Positions 39,546-48,865 are shown, counted from the stretch's first letter. The stretch: 64,000 nt of DNA from an uncultured Chthonomonadaceae bacterium (GCA_963817895.1 CAWFQB010000011.1:192001-256000); one strand, 5' to 3'. Made by a program: numbers and translations. The notes: generated from the sequence alone by a model not told the origin.

Positions 39546-41105
39546 ATGTGCCGTCGCTACCGAAATACACGTTTGGTTATACCTGCCATTTTAACGCCCC
39601 TCTTGATTGTGGGGCTTGTGTATGCAGGCAGGGCGCAGACGCCGGATAAAGCGCATACGCCGCTGCTCAATTCGTGGCTGACGCGCTATTCGGGTCAGTA
39701 TGCCCGCGTGGTTGAGACAAAGGGCGGCAAACCCGTCGCGACGTGGCCGTCTGCCGGATTGCGCCGGATGGGGGGCGGGCAGTCGCTTCCCGCGTACTCG
39801 GATGTGCAGCAAATTGGCGTTTCGGGCGATTATGTGTACATCAACGGCACGGGGCTTGCCAGTCATCAAATGGGACCGTGGTACGATGGTATCAATCGCA
39901 TTTTCGGCAACTGGCCCACCAATCTGAACTACATTCGGCGTTTTCCGCTGCATCCCAAAGTGGCGGCAACCAAAGTCACCAATGGACTCGGCCCGCTGGG
40001 ATTGTGGGTCAATGGCGTTGCCCTTTTCAATCAACTGGATGGTTTTTCTTACAATTCGCTGACCCATTCCGAACCGCAAGGCCCGCCGCAACCCGGTCAG
40101 CAGAATACGGGCAACGCGCTGTGGGTGCGCAACGCGGTTGTTGTGGAACAGCCTACTTTCGACAAGTCCAATGCGCATCAACCCCAAAATGGCGAGTATC
40201 ATTACCATGCCAATCCCGTCGCCTTGCGCTATCAGCTTGACGACAACATTGCGCTAGATAAAACGACGGGCGATTATCTGGAAGACACGTCCAAACTGCA
40301 TCACTCCCCGATTTTGGGCTGGTCGCATGATGGCTACCCAATTTACGGGCCCTACGCTTATGCCGATCCCCAAAAGCCTGTAAGTGGCGTTCGGCGCATG
40401 GTGTCCGGGTTTGTGATACGAGATGGCAATCACCATACCCCCGACCTGCGCAAAACGGGGCGTCACGCGCTGGCGAAATGGGCTTCAGACCTGCACAAAA
40501 CAACAATGGCGCTGGCGGAAACGCAGTACGGGCCGGACGTGTCGCCGCGCTATCAGTTGGGACGCTACTGCGAGGACTTCGACTTTTCAGGCGATCTGGG
40601 CGAAACGCAGGGCAAAGACTTCGATCTGGACATTTATAATGGCCGCTTTTGCGTCACGCCGGAGTTCCCCGATGGCACTTACGCTTATTTCGTCACCATT
40701 ACGTCCGAGGGTACACCCGCGTATCCCTACGTTATCGGGCGGCAGTGGTACGGCGCGCCGAGCGGAGGCGACGTGCGCCAGCTAACCGAAACCGTGACCA
40801 TGATTACGGATGCCGGTCCGGGCGAGGCCGTGGAAAGCAGAGCGGAAAACGGGGCGGGCGGCAGGCAGGTGACGTGGAACTCAGTCGAGGGCGGGCATTA
40901 CCGCGTGGAGGGTTCTTCGGACGGCGTACAGTGGAAAACCGCGCGCGAAGATGTGACCAGTCAGGGCCTGACCACGCATTGCAGCCTGACCGCCGGGGAG
41001 GAAACCGCGTACCGTAAGTATCGCGTCCGGCTGGTGAAACTGGAACCCTACGATGCTATCGGCAATCGCGGCGGCATGGGAGGTCCGGGCGGCCCAAGAC
41101 CGTGA
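39546..41105 (+). CDS. Exported YHYH domain protein
   Basis: Signal peptide, LGLWVNGVALFN, AHQPQNGEYHYH, HSPILGWSHDGYPIYGPY, DLDIYNGRFCVTPEFPDGTYAYF and YPYVIG. Confidence 0.88.
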   Translation: MCRRYRNTRLVIPAILTPLLIVGLVYAGRAQTPDKAHTPLLNSWLTRYSGQYARVVETKGGKPVATWPSAGLRRMGGGQSLPAYSDVQQIGVSGDYVYINGTGLASHQMGPWYDGINRIFGNWPTNLNYIRRFPLHPKVAATKVTNGLGPLGLWVNGVALFNQLDGFSYNSLTHSEPQGPPQPGQQNTGNALWVRNAVVVEQPTFDKSNAHQPQNGEYHYHANPVALRYQLDDNIALDKTTGDYLEDTSKLHHSPILGWSHDGYPIYGPYAYADPQKPVSGVRRMVSGFVIRDGNHHTPDLRKTGRHALAKWASDLHKTTMALAETQYGPDVSPRYQLGRYCEDFDFSGDLGETQGKDFDLDIYNGRFCVTPEFPDGTYAYFVTITSEGTPAYPYVIGRQWYGAPSGGDVRQLTETVTMITDAGPGEAVESRAENGAGGRQVTWNSVEGGHYRVEGSSDGVQWKTAREDVTSQGLTTHCSLTAGEETAYRKYRVRLVKLEPYDAIGNRGGMGGPGGPRP

Positions 41106-41158
41106 TTACCTCACCCCCGGCCCCTCTCCTTGCCGCGCAACGCCCTGGGAGAGGGGAG
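41105..41158. repeat. REP-like palindrome, left arm
   Basis: 54-bp perfect inverted match to 42318-42371, with an internal CCCCTCTCC...GGAGAGGGG stem. Confidence 0.9.
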
Positions 41159-41244
41159 AGTGTAGTTGGCAGACATGCCCAATATGTCTACACTAACCCC
41201 TTTATAATGACGTAATTTCCTGCTTCCTGTCACCATCTTCCAAT

Positions 41245-42308
41245 AGATACTCCGACAAATAGTATATAGGCTGTTTTGAGGCAGGCTAGCGCTCAGGTGG
41301 AGCAGACACACTCCACCCGTCGAAAACCCTTTTTCCGCGTTTACTTTTCCCGGCTTACGCGCCTTGCGGCTCGCGTGTCAGCGCGATCAATTGCACCAGA
41401 CCCACCACACAGAAGCAAGTGCGACGGAACAATCCCGTCGCCAGACGATATTCATCACGCACCATCCGAAACGCTTTGACGCGCCGGATACTATGTTCGA
41501 CACGCACACGCCCTGAGGAAAAGGCGCGGTTCTCTTCTTTCTGCACAGCGCTCAACGCGCCTCCGCGTGGCTTCTTGTGCGGCACTTCGCTGTGGGGTAA
41601 GCCTTGATAGGCCAGATCGCCTTTGACCGTCGCATGGGGAAACTGCTTGGCAACCGTACTCTGCTCATGCACTTTCTTGTCCGACTTCGGGCCGCGATAG
41701 CCCGCATCCACATCAAGAATGTCGCCATTGCGGTTGGTGATGACCTCGGTCTTGAGCGTGTGGTCTTTCTTCTTGCCCGAGTAGAAGGCGCGTTGCTTGG
41801 GTTCAATCGAGGGACGCGGAACCGGCGTCTCGAAACTATCCACAATCACCTGATCCACCTCCTCGGGCTTCCAGGAGGGTTCTTTCTTGGTCCAGCGTTT
41901 CTCCGCTTCCCAGCGGTTGGCCGGACACACGTCTTTGAGGACGCCGACAATCTCATGGAAGGTGTTCTCCGCCACATCGGCGCTGACGCCAAACAGCATG
42001 CCCACCACAGAGAAGGCGACGTTGTGGCGCAGGTACAGCAGCGTCAGCAACACTTCCTGGTAGGGCTTGAGCAGGCGTTTGCGGCCGCCTCCCACCTTGC
42101 GGCGGCGCGTGGGCTTGTTGGCCTGTTCTTGTTGGCGACGGCGCTCGATTTCGGGAAGCGCTGCCAGGAAGAGTTCAGCTAAGGCGGCGTGGGGTAGTCC
42201 GAAGAGCGAACGGACTTTGTTTTCGGGATAGCGGCCAAGTTCGTGAAGGTTCATACGTCTATTCTACCCGCGCCAAGAATAAATCCAAACTTATTTGTCG
42301 GAGTATCT
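41245..42308 (-). mobile_element. IS5-family insertion sequence (ISL2-like), 1064 bp
   Basis: Perfect 17-bp TIRs AGATACTCCGACAAATA / TATTTGTCGGAGTATCT, flanking 3-bp direct repeat AAT and a single transposase. Confidence 0.9.
41355..42254 (-). CDS. DDE transposase (HTH_Tnp_4 + DDE_Tnp_4 type)
   Basis: GGGRK, LLYLRHN...LFGVS, IVDSFE, YSGKKKDHTLK, GDLAYQG and RVRVEHSIRRVK. The ORF is intact. Confidence 0.92.
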   Translation of the reverse strand: MNLHELGRYPENKVRSLFGLPHAALAELFLAALPEIERRRQQEQANKPTRRRKVGGGRKRLLKPYQEVLLTLLYLRHNVAFSVVGMLFGVSADVAENTFHEIVGVLKDVCPANRWEAEKRWTKKEPSWKPEEVDQVIVDSFETPVPRPSIEPKQRAFYSGKKKDHTLKTEVITNRNGDILDVDAGYRGPKSDKKVHEQSTVAKQFPHATVKGDLAYQGLPHSEVPHKKPRGGALSAVQKEENRAFSSGRVRVEHSIRRVKAFRMVRDEYRLATGLFRRTCFCVVGLVQLIALTREPQGA

Positions 42309-42317
42309 AATACAATA

Positions 42318-42371
42318 CTCCCCTCTCCCAGGGCGTTGCGCGGCAAGGAGAGGGGCCGGGGGTGAGGTAAT
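42318..42371. repeat. REP-like palindrome, right arm
   Basis: Reverse complement of 41105-41158. Confidence 0.9.
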
Positions 42372-42382
42372 TAAGAACCACC

Positions 42383-44320
42383 ATGCGCGTATTCGGCATC
42401 TGTATAATCTTTTTGTGGCTGTGCAGTTGGGCAGCGCCGACGAGCGCGGGGCGTGTTTCTACCCGTACTCCAGCACAGGTGAGAGTTGACGTTCACATCG
42501 CGCATTTGTTTGACGGCAAACCCCTGCGCATGGAAGAAGTCAGCCTGCATAACCGGGCGGGGAACACGCTGTCTGTTACACGGCTGGCGTACTTGATTTC
42601 GGATGTCGCGCTGCGCGAAGCGGATGGCAAAACAGTCACACTTGCCAATCAGCTGGCGCACATAAATCCCGGCGAAGGGCGCGATACGTTTACGCTTCCC
42701 CCTGTTCCCGCAGGCCGGTACATCGGGATTTCTTTTCACATCGGCCTGCCGCCAACACGCAATCACGCCGACCCGTCCCGCTACCCTGCCAACCATCCGC
42801 TGCACCCGCTTGTAAACCGGCTGCATTGGGGCTGGCAGGGCGGGTACGTGTTTCTCGCATTGGAGGGGCGGTATCGGCAGGCGAGTGGTAAACTGAGCGG
42901 CTACTCCTACCATCTGGCAACGGACAAGAACTTGATGACCGTCCGACTAAATCAGAGTTTCAATCTGGAACAGGATAGTACGCTTAATCTGGCTTTTGAT
43001 GTAGCGAAAATATTTGCCGCCACGCATGAGATAGATATAAAACCGGATGGGAGTGACTCGACGCACTCAGCGCCTGGTGACAAACTTGCTGCGCAATTAA
43101 CGACAAACGTAGAAAAATCGTTTCGGTTTGACGGAATACGGAGGGCGGAACAGATTGCAAAACAACCGGTAAAGGCGAACAGGATTGCGCCTGCGTCACA
43201 TCTTACGCCGTATCCATTTCCAGCCCCCGCGCATTTCCCTCAACCCAACTTGCCCGCCGACAACCCGTTGACCGTTCAGGGCGTCGCGTTGGGAAAGAAA
43301 CTGTTCTTTGAAACCAAATTATCCGGCAATAACACGCAATCCTGCGCCAGTTGCCATCAGCCGGAATATGCGTTCGCGAACGGGGGCAAAGCGGTCAGTG
43401 TCGGCGTTGACGGCAAGCCGGGAACCCGCCGCGCCATGCCGCTGTTCAATCTGGCGTGGCAAAGCGCGTTTACGTGGGACGGGCGGCGAACCCGGCTGCG
43501 CGACCAGATTCTCGCCCCCATTCAGGACGCGCATGAAATGCGTCAATCATTGCCGCAAGCCGTCGCCAAATTGCAGGCCGATACGCAATATACCCAACTC
43601 TTTGCCGACGCGTTCAACTCTTCCGGCTATGATGCAACCCGCCCTGTACAGACTGCTATCTCAAGGAGCGGGCTTCGTCCGCAGGACGACTGGCCGAAGG
43701 CCATAAAACCGGCTTTTTATAAGCCGGAAAAAACGTTAAAAGCAAGCATTGATGCAAACCGAATCGCGCTGGCTATCGAGCAGTATCTGTTGACGCTGGT
43801 ATCGGCGGACGCGAAATTCGACCGCGCCTTGCGAGGCGAAGCGCAGTTTACAGATGAGGAGAAGCGCGGCCTGCTGCTGTTCATCACGGAGTATGACCCG
43901 GCAAGAGGCAAGACAGGCGCGGACTGCTTTCACTGTCACGGCGGCAACCTGTTCACCGATTACCAATTCCGCAACAACGGTCTGGACGCGCAATCCCTGT
44001 ATGAGGCAAAGTCTGGAACCAACAACGGGCTGAAAGACGTGGGACGGTTTCTGGTGACCGGGCGGGAAGCGGACAGGGGAAAATTCAAAACGCCCTCCCT
44101 GCGCAATGTGGAACTGACCGCGCCGTATATGCACGATGGCAGATTTTGCAGTCTGGAAGACGTTATGCGGCACTACAACGCGGGCGTTCAGCGCAGTGAC
44201 ACGCTCGACCCCAACATCGCCAAACATCCCGAGGGTGGCATGGGGCTTTCGGATGCGGATGTACGCGCCCTTATCGCCTTTTTGAAGACCCTGACCGATG
44301 CCCGTTTCCATTCTCACTAA
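42383..44320 (+). CDS. Fusion of an MbnP-like copper-binding domain and an MbnH-like di-heme cytochrome c peroxidase
   Basis: Signal peptide, then MbnP-like LAYLISDVAL and LHWGWQGGYVFLALEG (WxW). Peroxidase motifs are LGKKLFF, SCASCH, WDGR, CFHCHGG and FKTPSLRNVELTAPYMHDG. Confidence 0.85.
   Translation: MRVFGICIIFLWLCSWAAPTSAGRVSTRTPAQVRVDVHIAHLFDGKPLRMEEVSLHNRAGNTLSVTRLAYLISDVALREADGKTVTLANQLAHINPGEGRDTFTLPPVPAGRYIGISFHIGLPPTRNHADPSRYPANHPLHPLVNRLHWGWQGGYVFLALEGRYRQASGKLSGYSYHLATDKNLMTVRLNQSFNLEQDSTLNLAFDVAKIFAATHEIDIKPDGSDSTHSAPGDKLAAQLTTNVEKSFRFDGIRRAEQIAKQPVKANRIAPASHLTPYPFPAPAHFPQPNLPADNPLTVQGVALGKKLFFETKLSGNNTQSCASCHQPEYAFANGGKAVSVGVDGKPGTRRAMPLFNLAWQSAFTWDGRRTRLRDQILAPIQDAHEMRQSLPQAVAKLQADTQYTQLFADAFNSSGYDATRPVQTAISRSGLRPQDDWPKAIKPAFYKPEKTLKASIDANRIALAIEQYLLTLVSADAKFDRALRGEAQFTDEEKRGLLLFITEYDPARGKTGADCFHCHGGNLFTDYQFRNNGLDAQSLYEAKSGTNNGLKDVGRFLVTGREADRGKFKTPSLRNVELTAPYMHDGRFCSLEDVMRHYNAGVQRSDTLDPNIAKHPEGGMGLSDADVRALIAFLKTLTDARFHSH
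43630..43757. repeat. 120-bp in-frame palindromic insertion bounded by TGATGCAA direct repeats
   Basis: TGATGCAA at 43630 and 43750. Internal hairpins TCGTCC-GCA-GGACGA, TGGCC-GAA-GGCCA and CCGGCTT-N5-AAGCCGG. Confidence 0.75.
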
Positions 44321-44341
44321 CCCTTTACAATCAAACGCAAA

Positions 44342-44413
44342 TAGGGCAGGGGCTTGTCCCCTGCCGATGTATCTCACTGCCCACGTATCGGCAGGGGACA
44401 AGCCCCTGCCCTA
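44342..44413. repeat. REP doublet (REPIN-like hairpin)
   Basis: 27-bp perfect inverted repeat TAGGGCAGGGGCTTGTCCCCTGCCGAT with an 18-bp spacer. Each arm is itself palindromic. Confidence 0.9.
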
Positions 44414-44501
44414 CCTGCTTGGCGCAACATGAATATTGCATACGGCTTCGTAAATCGTGTACACTGAATATATTCTAACGCGATTGAGGAGAAGTCTGCG
44501 C

Positions 44502-45509
44502 ATGTCAACAATGCGGTTTTGGGTACATTGGGCTGTGATGCTCTGTATGATACTAGCGGTAGGAAATACTGCAAATGCGCAGGACGCTCCGCGCTTTACC
44601 CTCCCGCCCCCCGCTGATGCAGCGGAAGCGTTGCGGTTGGATTTTTATAAGTACGATGCCGCGTTGCCGCTCAACGCCGAACTCACGCCGATGCCCGACA
44701 AGTACCCATATTGGACGCGGCAAGGCTTGACTTACGACAGCGCCCACGACCAGAAAGTGACGGCGATACTCGCGCTTCCCAAACATTTTGCGCCGCCGTA
44801 CCCGGCTGTGATTCTGGTGCATGGTTCGGGCGGGCATAAAGACACGTCGTATATTACGCTGGCAAGCGCAAATCTGTGTCAGCGCGGTTACGCGACCCTG
44901 TCCATTGATACGCAGTATCACGGCGGGCGCACAAGACCGGGGCGCAGCGGCGAAATCCACATGCCCGACTCGTATGCCATGCGCGATGCATGGGTGCAAA
45001 GCGTCATTGATGTGCGCCGCGCCGTAGATTACCTGCAAAGCCGGACGGACATAGACGGGGGCAAAATCGGGTACTTAGGGTTTTCGCAGGGCGCGATGCT
45101 GGGTTCCGTCGTGGTGGGCGTGGAGGATCGTATCGGCCCGTTTTGTCTGGCAGTTCCGGGCGGCGGGATCGTGGATATTGTCAAGAACATTGACAAATAC
45201 CCCGTTCTGAAAGCGCATTGGCCCATCAAGCAGTCGCCGGGATTGATGCAGAAAGTGGAAGACATCGCCAACGTCACCGACCCCATCCACTACATCGGGC
45301 GCATCGGTAATCGGCCCCTGCTTATCATCGTCGCCAGGTACGACGAAATTATTCCGCCCGAAGCTTCGGAAGCCTTAATCAAAGCCGCCCATGCCGACGA
45401 AACCACGCAGGTCAAGCGATGGGCGTCCGGCCACGTCCTCAACCCGACCGCCATTTTCGATATGCAGACATTTTTCGTGAGCCATTTGGGACAACGCAAA
45501 TCGTCTTGA
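44502..45509 (+). CDS. Exported alpha/beta hydrolase (esterase/peptidase S9-like)
   Basis: Signal peptide, PAVILVHG, nucleophile motif GFSQG, DEIIP and SGH. Confidence 0.85.
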   Translation: MSTMRFWVHWAVMLCMILAVGNTANAQDAPRFTLPPPADAAEALRLDFYKYDAALPLNAELTPMPDKYPYWTRQGLTYDSAHDQKVTAILALPKHFAPPYPAVILVHGSGGHKDTSYITLASANLCQRGYATLSIDTQYHGGRTRPGRSGEIHMPDSYAMRDAWVQSVIDVRRAVDYLQSRTDIDGGKIGYLGFSQGAMLGSVVVGVEDRIGPFCLAVPGGGIVDIVKNIDKYPVLKAHWPIKQSPGLMQKVEDIANVTDPIHYIGRIGNRPLLIIVARYDEIIPPEASEALIKAAHADETTQVKRWASGHVLNPTAIFDMQTFFVSHLGQRKSS

Positions 45510-45650
45510 ACCATGATCAGGCATGATTGAAATGATTACCATGATAATGCTGGTAGGAAGTGAGATGCGCGTAATCAGGATGAGGCTATAAGGAACGCTC
45601 CTTTTCAATCATGGCAATCACTTCAATCATGCCTGATCATGGTTCAAGAC
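45503..45650. repeat. 148-bp palindromic element, copy 2
   Basis: 43-bp arms GTCTTGAACCATGATCAGGCATGATTGAAATGATTACCATGAT with 2 mismatches. It contains the TGA stop of the hydrolase gene. Confidence 0.9.
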
Positions 45651-45657
45651 AAGATCA

Positions 45658-47389
45658 TCACTCCAAAACCAAAAGCGAGACCGCCTGACGGGGAAGCGTA
45701 AAGCGCAATGTAGATTTACCTGCTTCCACCGAAATTTTAGAGGCAGGTTCCAGCAGGGTCAGTTTGCCGGCTTTTTCCAGTTGCGCGATTTGCATAGTCG
45801 TGGGCGCTTGCGGCGAACCCATGCGCTGCCATGCCGTGAACGCATTGCTGTGGGCGTCGTCTATGCGGTAATGAGAGAGTTTCGCCGCGCTTTTATCGGT
45901 CAGGCCGCTTACGTCCAATGTAATGTCGGCGGACGGGCCACTTATATCGTCATCGTGGTAGTGCCAGACGAGAACTGACACTTTATGCCCCTGAACGCTT
46001 GCCAGCGCGGATACATCCGGCTCGGTTCGTACCCCGTTCTTCAGCATCGCGTCTAATGGAATGGCGGCGGAACTGTCTGCGGCAATTCGCTGTCCATCCA
46101 TTTTCCAAGCATCCGAAACACGTTGAAAACGGGCAGGTCAATGCCGTTTGTCGCCATCACGCGGAAACCCGCGAAATACGGCTGGTTCTCGAACTCGAAC
46201 GCCCATGTCAACGCGCCCTCGAAGTTGACGCCATGTTTGTCGGCAAGATCGTATTCGCGGGCAATGCGGCGGCTGTATAACTGGCGTACATCGTGCCATT
46301 GCGATAGCCTAATTGGGGCCCCTGACACGCGGCGCACCCGTCCGGGTCGGATTCGCCAATCACAATGGGCGTGTTTTTCAGTGCGGGATACGAGGCTATT
46401 GTGGCGAAACCGGTATCTATATTGCGCAGTTGGTTAGCGATGCCCATGCGGACATGTCCGTTCTCGAACGTGGGCGAACCTTTGGCATGAAACGAGACGA
46501 AATCCAGCGGCGTTCCCGTTTTGCCTGTCGCATAGTTCGTTCCGCGCAGGCAATGCTCGTAAAAGTCGCGCATGAACTTGCCGCCGCTGCCCGCCATGTC
46601 CATGCCGCCGCTGCCCGCCATGTCCATGCCGCCGACGCGGGCTGTGGGCAGGGCGCGGCGAACGGCGTCAATGGCGAAATCGTGCAGGCGGTAGAATTCT
46701 TCGGGCGTTCCGCGCCAGTAGCCGATGTTGGGTTCGTTCCACACCTCCCAGTACCAGCGTTCCACTTCCGCGCGCCCGTATCGCTCCACGCAATGCCGCG
46801 TCCACTGATAGACCAGTTCGCCCCACTTCGCGTAATCTTTCGGCGGGTACGCCCATCCCGTATAAATCTCCTCGTATTTCGCCGCCGGTGTCCAGTGGTG
46901 CTGATAGGGAACAGGCTTGACGGATAGGGCTTCCGGCATGAAACCGATCTGCACATAAGGCTTGACGCCGCGCTGTAGGTACGTGTCGAAAATGCGATCC
47001 GTAATCGTCCAATCGTAAATCGGCCTGCCCTGCGCGTCCTCGGTATAGGCGTTGGTGCTGCCCCATTTAAGCGCGGGCGTCCCATCCCCGGACGTAAGCA
47101 GGTTATGTGTACGGAAATAGGGCGTATGCGACCCGAAATTTCCAATTTCGGTAATCAGTTTCTTGCCGTTCTTCATGTAGGCATAGTTCGGCTCGTCAGC
47201 CCCGAAGAACCGCCACACGGGGCGCAGTTCGCCCTTTGTTTGCGCGGCGTTCACATGAATGGCAACGGGAAACGAGTTTGTAGTCACGGGTGGATTTGCA
47301 GAAGGAGGTGTGGACTGCCGGACGTAAGCGGCGCGAAGGGTACTGCCGAGCAGCATAAGGGAAGCGGCAAGCAAAAGATGAGTACGCAT
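45658..47389 (-). CDS. GH39 beta-xylosidase family protein, two frameshifts
   Basis: FFGADEPNY, RTHNLL, WEVWNEPN (acid/base), SFHAKG, IGESDP (nucleophile), LTWAFEFE and LPRQAVSLL across three ORFs. Confidence 0.88.
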
Positions 47390-47433
47390 AAGTTCTCCAT
47401 TGAACAGTAAAATAGCCGCGATGTATTTCTTTC

Positions 47434-47475
47434 TCTCTGTGAAACCTCTGTGCCTCTGTGCCTCTGTGGTGAAAA
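47434..47475. repeat. Solo arm of the (CTCTGTG) repeat family
   Basis: CTCTGTGAAACCTCTGTGCCTCTGTGCCTCTGTGGTGAAAA matches the arms at 36200 and 59923. Confidence 0.8.
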
Positions 47476-47476
47476 A

Positions 47477-48580
47477 TTACGCGATTGCCGCTGCGGGTTC
47501 GTCTTCGTTGGATTCGTGCGGCGTGGTGAGTATGTCGTTTTGCGGCACGGTATGGCCTTCGGCTTGCAGCACGGAGTACAGGGCGGCAAGAGCGACTTCG
47601 GTCTGTTGGGCGTCCGGTTCCCGTGTGGTCAAATACTGCGTTGCCATGCCGGGCGCGAACGCGGCCATTACGAGCGGGTTGCGCCGGAACTTGCCCGCGA
47701 ACTTGATGATCTCATAGGACACGCCCGCCACAATCGGCACAATGGCGACTTGCAGCGCGAACCGGGCTAAAAAGAACGGGAACCGGGGCAGAAACACGAC
47801 GACAATCAGATCAATCAGCAGAACGATGAAAATGAAACTTGTTCCGCAGCGGGGATGAATACGGGAGGCTTGAAGGGCGTTTTCGCGGGTCAGGGGCAAT
47901 CCTGCTTCCAGCGTGTTGATGGCTTTATGCTCTGCGCCGTGATACTGAAACACGCGCTTGATTTGCGCCATTTGCGAAATCAACAGAATGTAGCCAAAAA
48001 AGATGCTCATGCGAATCACGCCGTCGAGCAGGTTCAACTGCCGGTCGCCCGCCGTGTGACTGACCACGCCGATTTTTTGCAGCCCCGGCGTAATCAGCGT
48101 CGGCAATAACTTAAACAGCACAATGGCAAAGCACAGACTGAATATTATCGTTCCGCCAATGGCGATGTCGTTAATCCTGTTGCTTTGGGGAATGGTGGAT
48201 GGTGGCTGGTTGTTGGTGACTGTTGACGGACTTGTATCTTGTATCTCGTATCTTGTATCTCTCTTCTCCTTTTCTTCCTCTGTTTCATGTACGGTCTGCA
48301 TCTGCACGTTGGAGGCGTAGGCAAGGGCGCGGGTTCCCAGTGCCATCGCGTCAATCAGGGCGAACGTGCCTCGAACGAACGGCCATTTCAGGAACTTCAA
48401 CTTTGCCAGTTTGCCTAAAATGGTGTTGGCGACGGGTTCGCGCTGCACGACAATGGTTCCATCGGGCTTGCGGCAGGCGACGGCAAAGTAGTGCGGGCTG
48501 CGCATCATCACGCCCTCGATGACGGCCTGCCCGCCGTATTGCAGCAGTTCCTTGCTTTCCGGTTTGCCTGTTTCGCTCAT
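47477..48580 (-). CDS. DUF1385 (YqhQ-like) membrane protein, putative metal-dependent enzyme
   Basis: Motifs YGGQAVIEGVMMR, PFVRG, FQYHGAEHK, HPRCGTSF and QYLTTREP. Confidence 0.92.
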   Translation of the reverse strand: MSETGKPESKELLQYGGQAVIEGVMMRSPHYFAVACRKPDGTIVVQREPVANTILGKLAKLKFLKWPFVRGTFALIDAMALGTRALAYASNVQMQTVHETEEEKEKRDTRYEIQDTSPSTVTNNQPPSTIPQSNRINDIAIGGTIIFSLCFAIVLFKLLPTLITPGLQKIGVVSHTAGDRQLNLLDGVIRMSIFFGYILLISQMAQIKRVFQYHGAEHKAINTLEAGLPLTRENALQASRIHPRCGTSFIFIVLLIDLIVVVFLPRFPFFLARFALQVAIVPIVAGVSYEIIKFAGKFRRNPLVMAAFAPGMATQYLTTREPDAQQTEVALAALYSVLQAEGHTVPQNDILTTPHESNEDEPAAAIA

Positions 48581-48586
48581 ATGTTT

Positions 48587-48636
48587 TTACCTCACCCCAA
48601 CCCCTCTCCTTGCCGCGCAACGCGCCAGGAGAGGGG
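48587..48636. repeat. Third (solo) copy of the CCCCTCTCC REP-like palindrome
   Basis: TTACCTCACCCCAACCCCTCTCCTTGCCGCGCAACGCGCCAGGAGAGGGG closely matches the copy at 41105. Confidence 0.85.
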
Positions 48637-48865
48637 CTTTATTGTTCAAGACAAGTTACAGATAAATAGTTGTTCCAGTCCGCGCAGGCGGACTTCGTTA
48701 TCACAGCCGCGCAATTTATTGCACGAACGCTCAGTAGAACAATTTAATGAACGAAAGTCCCTTACAAAAAGTGCAAAAGCGCGTCTTCGTTCCGGGCGGA
48801 ATGTCCGCGACAAGAAACAAAAACGCGCTTGTAACTGAAACCAAACACCAACCGCCAGAAACCGA

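Noticed and set aside
41105..42371. 54-bp inverted repeats as the IS ends
   Set aside because: The IS has its own internal 17-bp TIRs with an AAT duplication, and the 54-bp sequence recurs alone at 48587, so it is a REP-like element.
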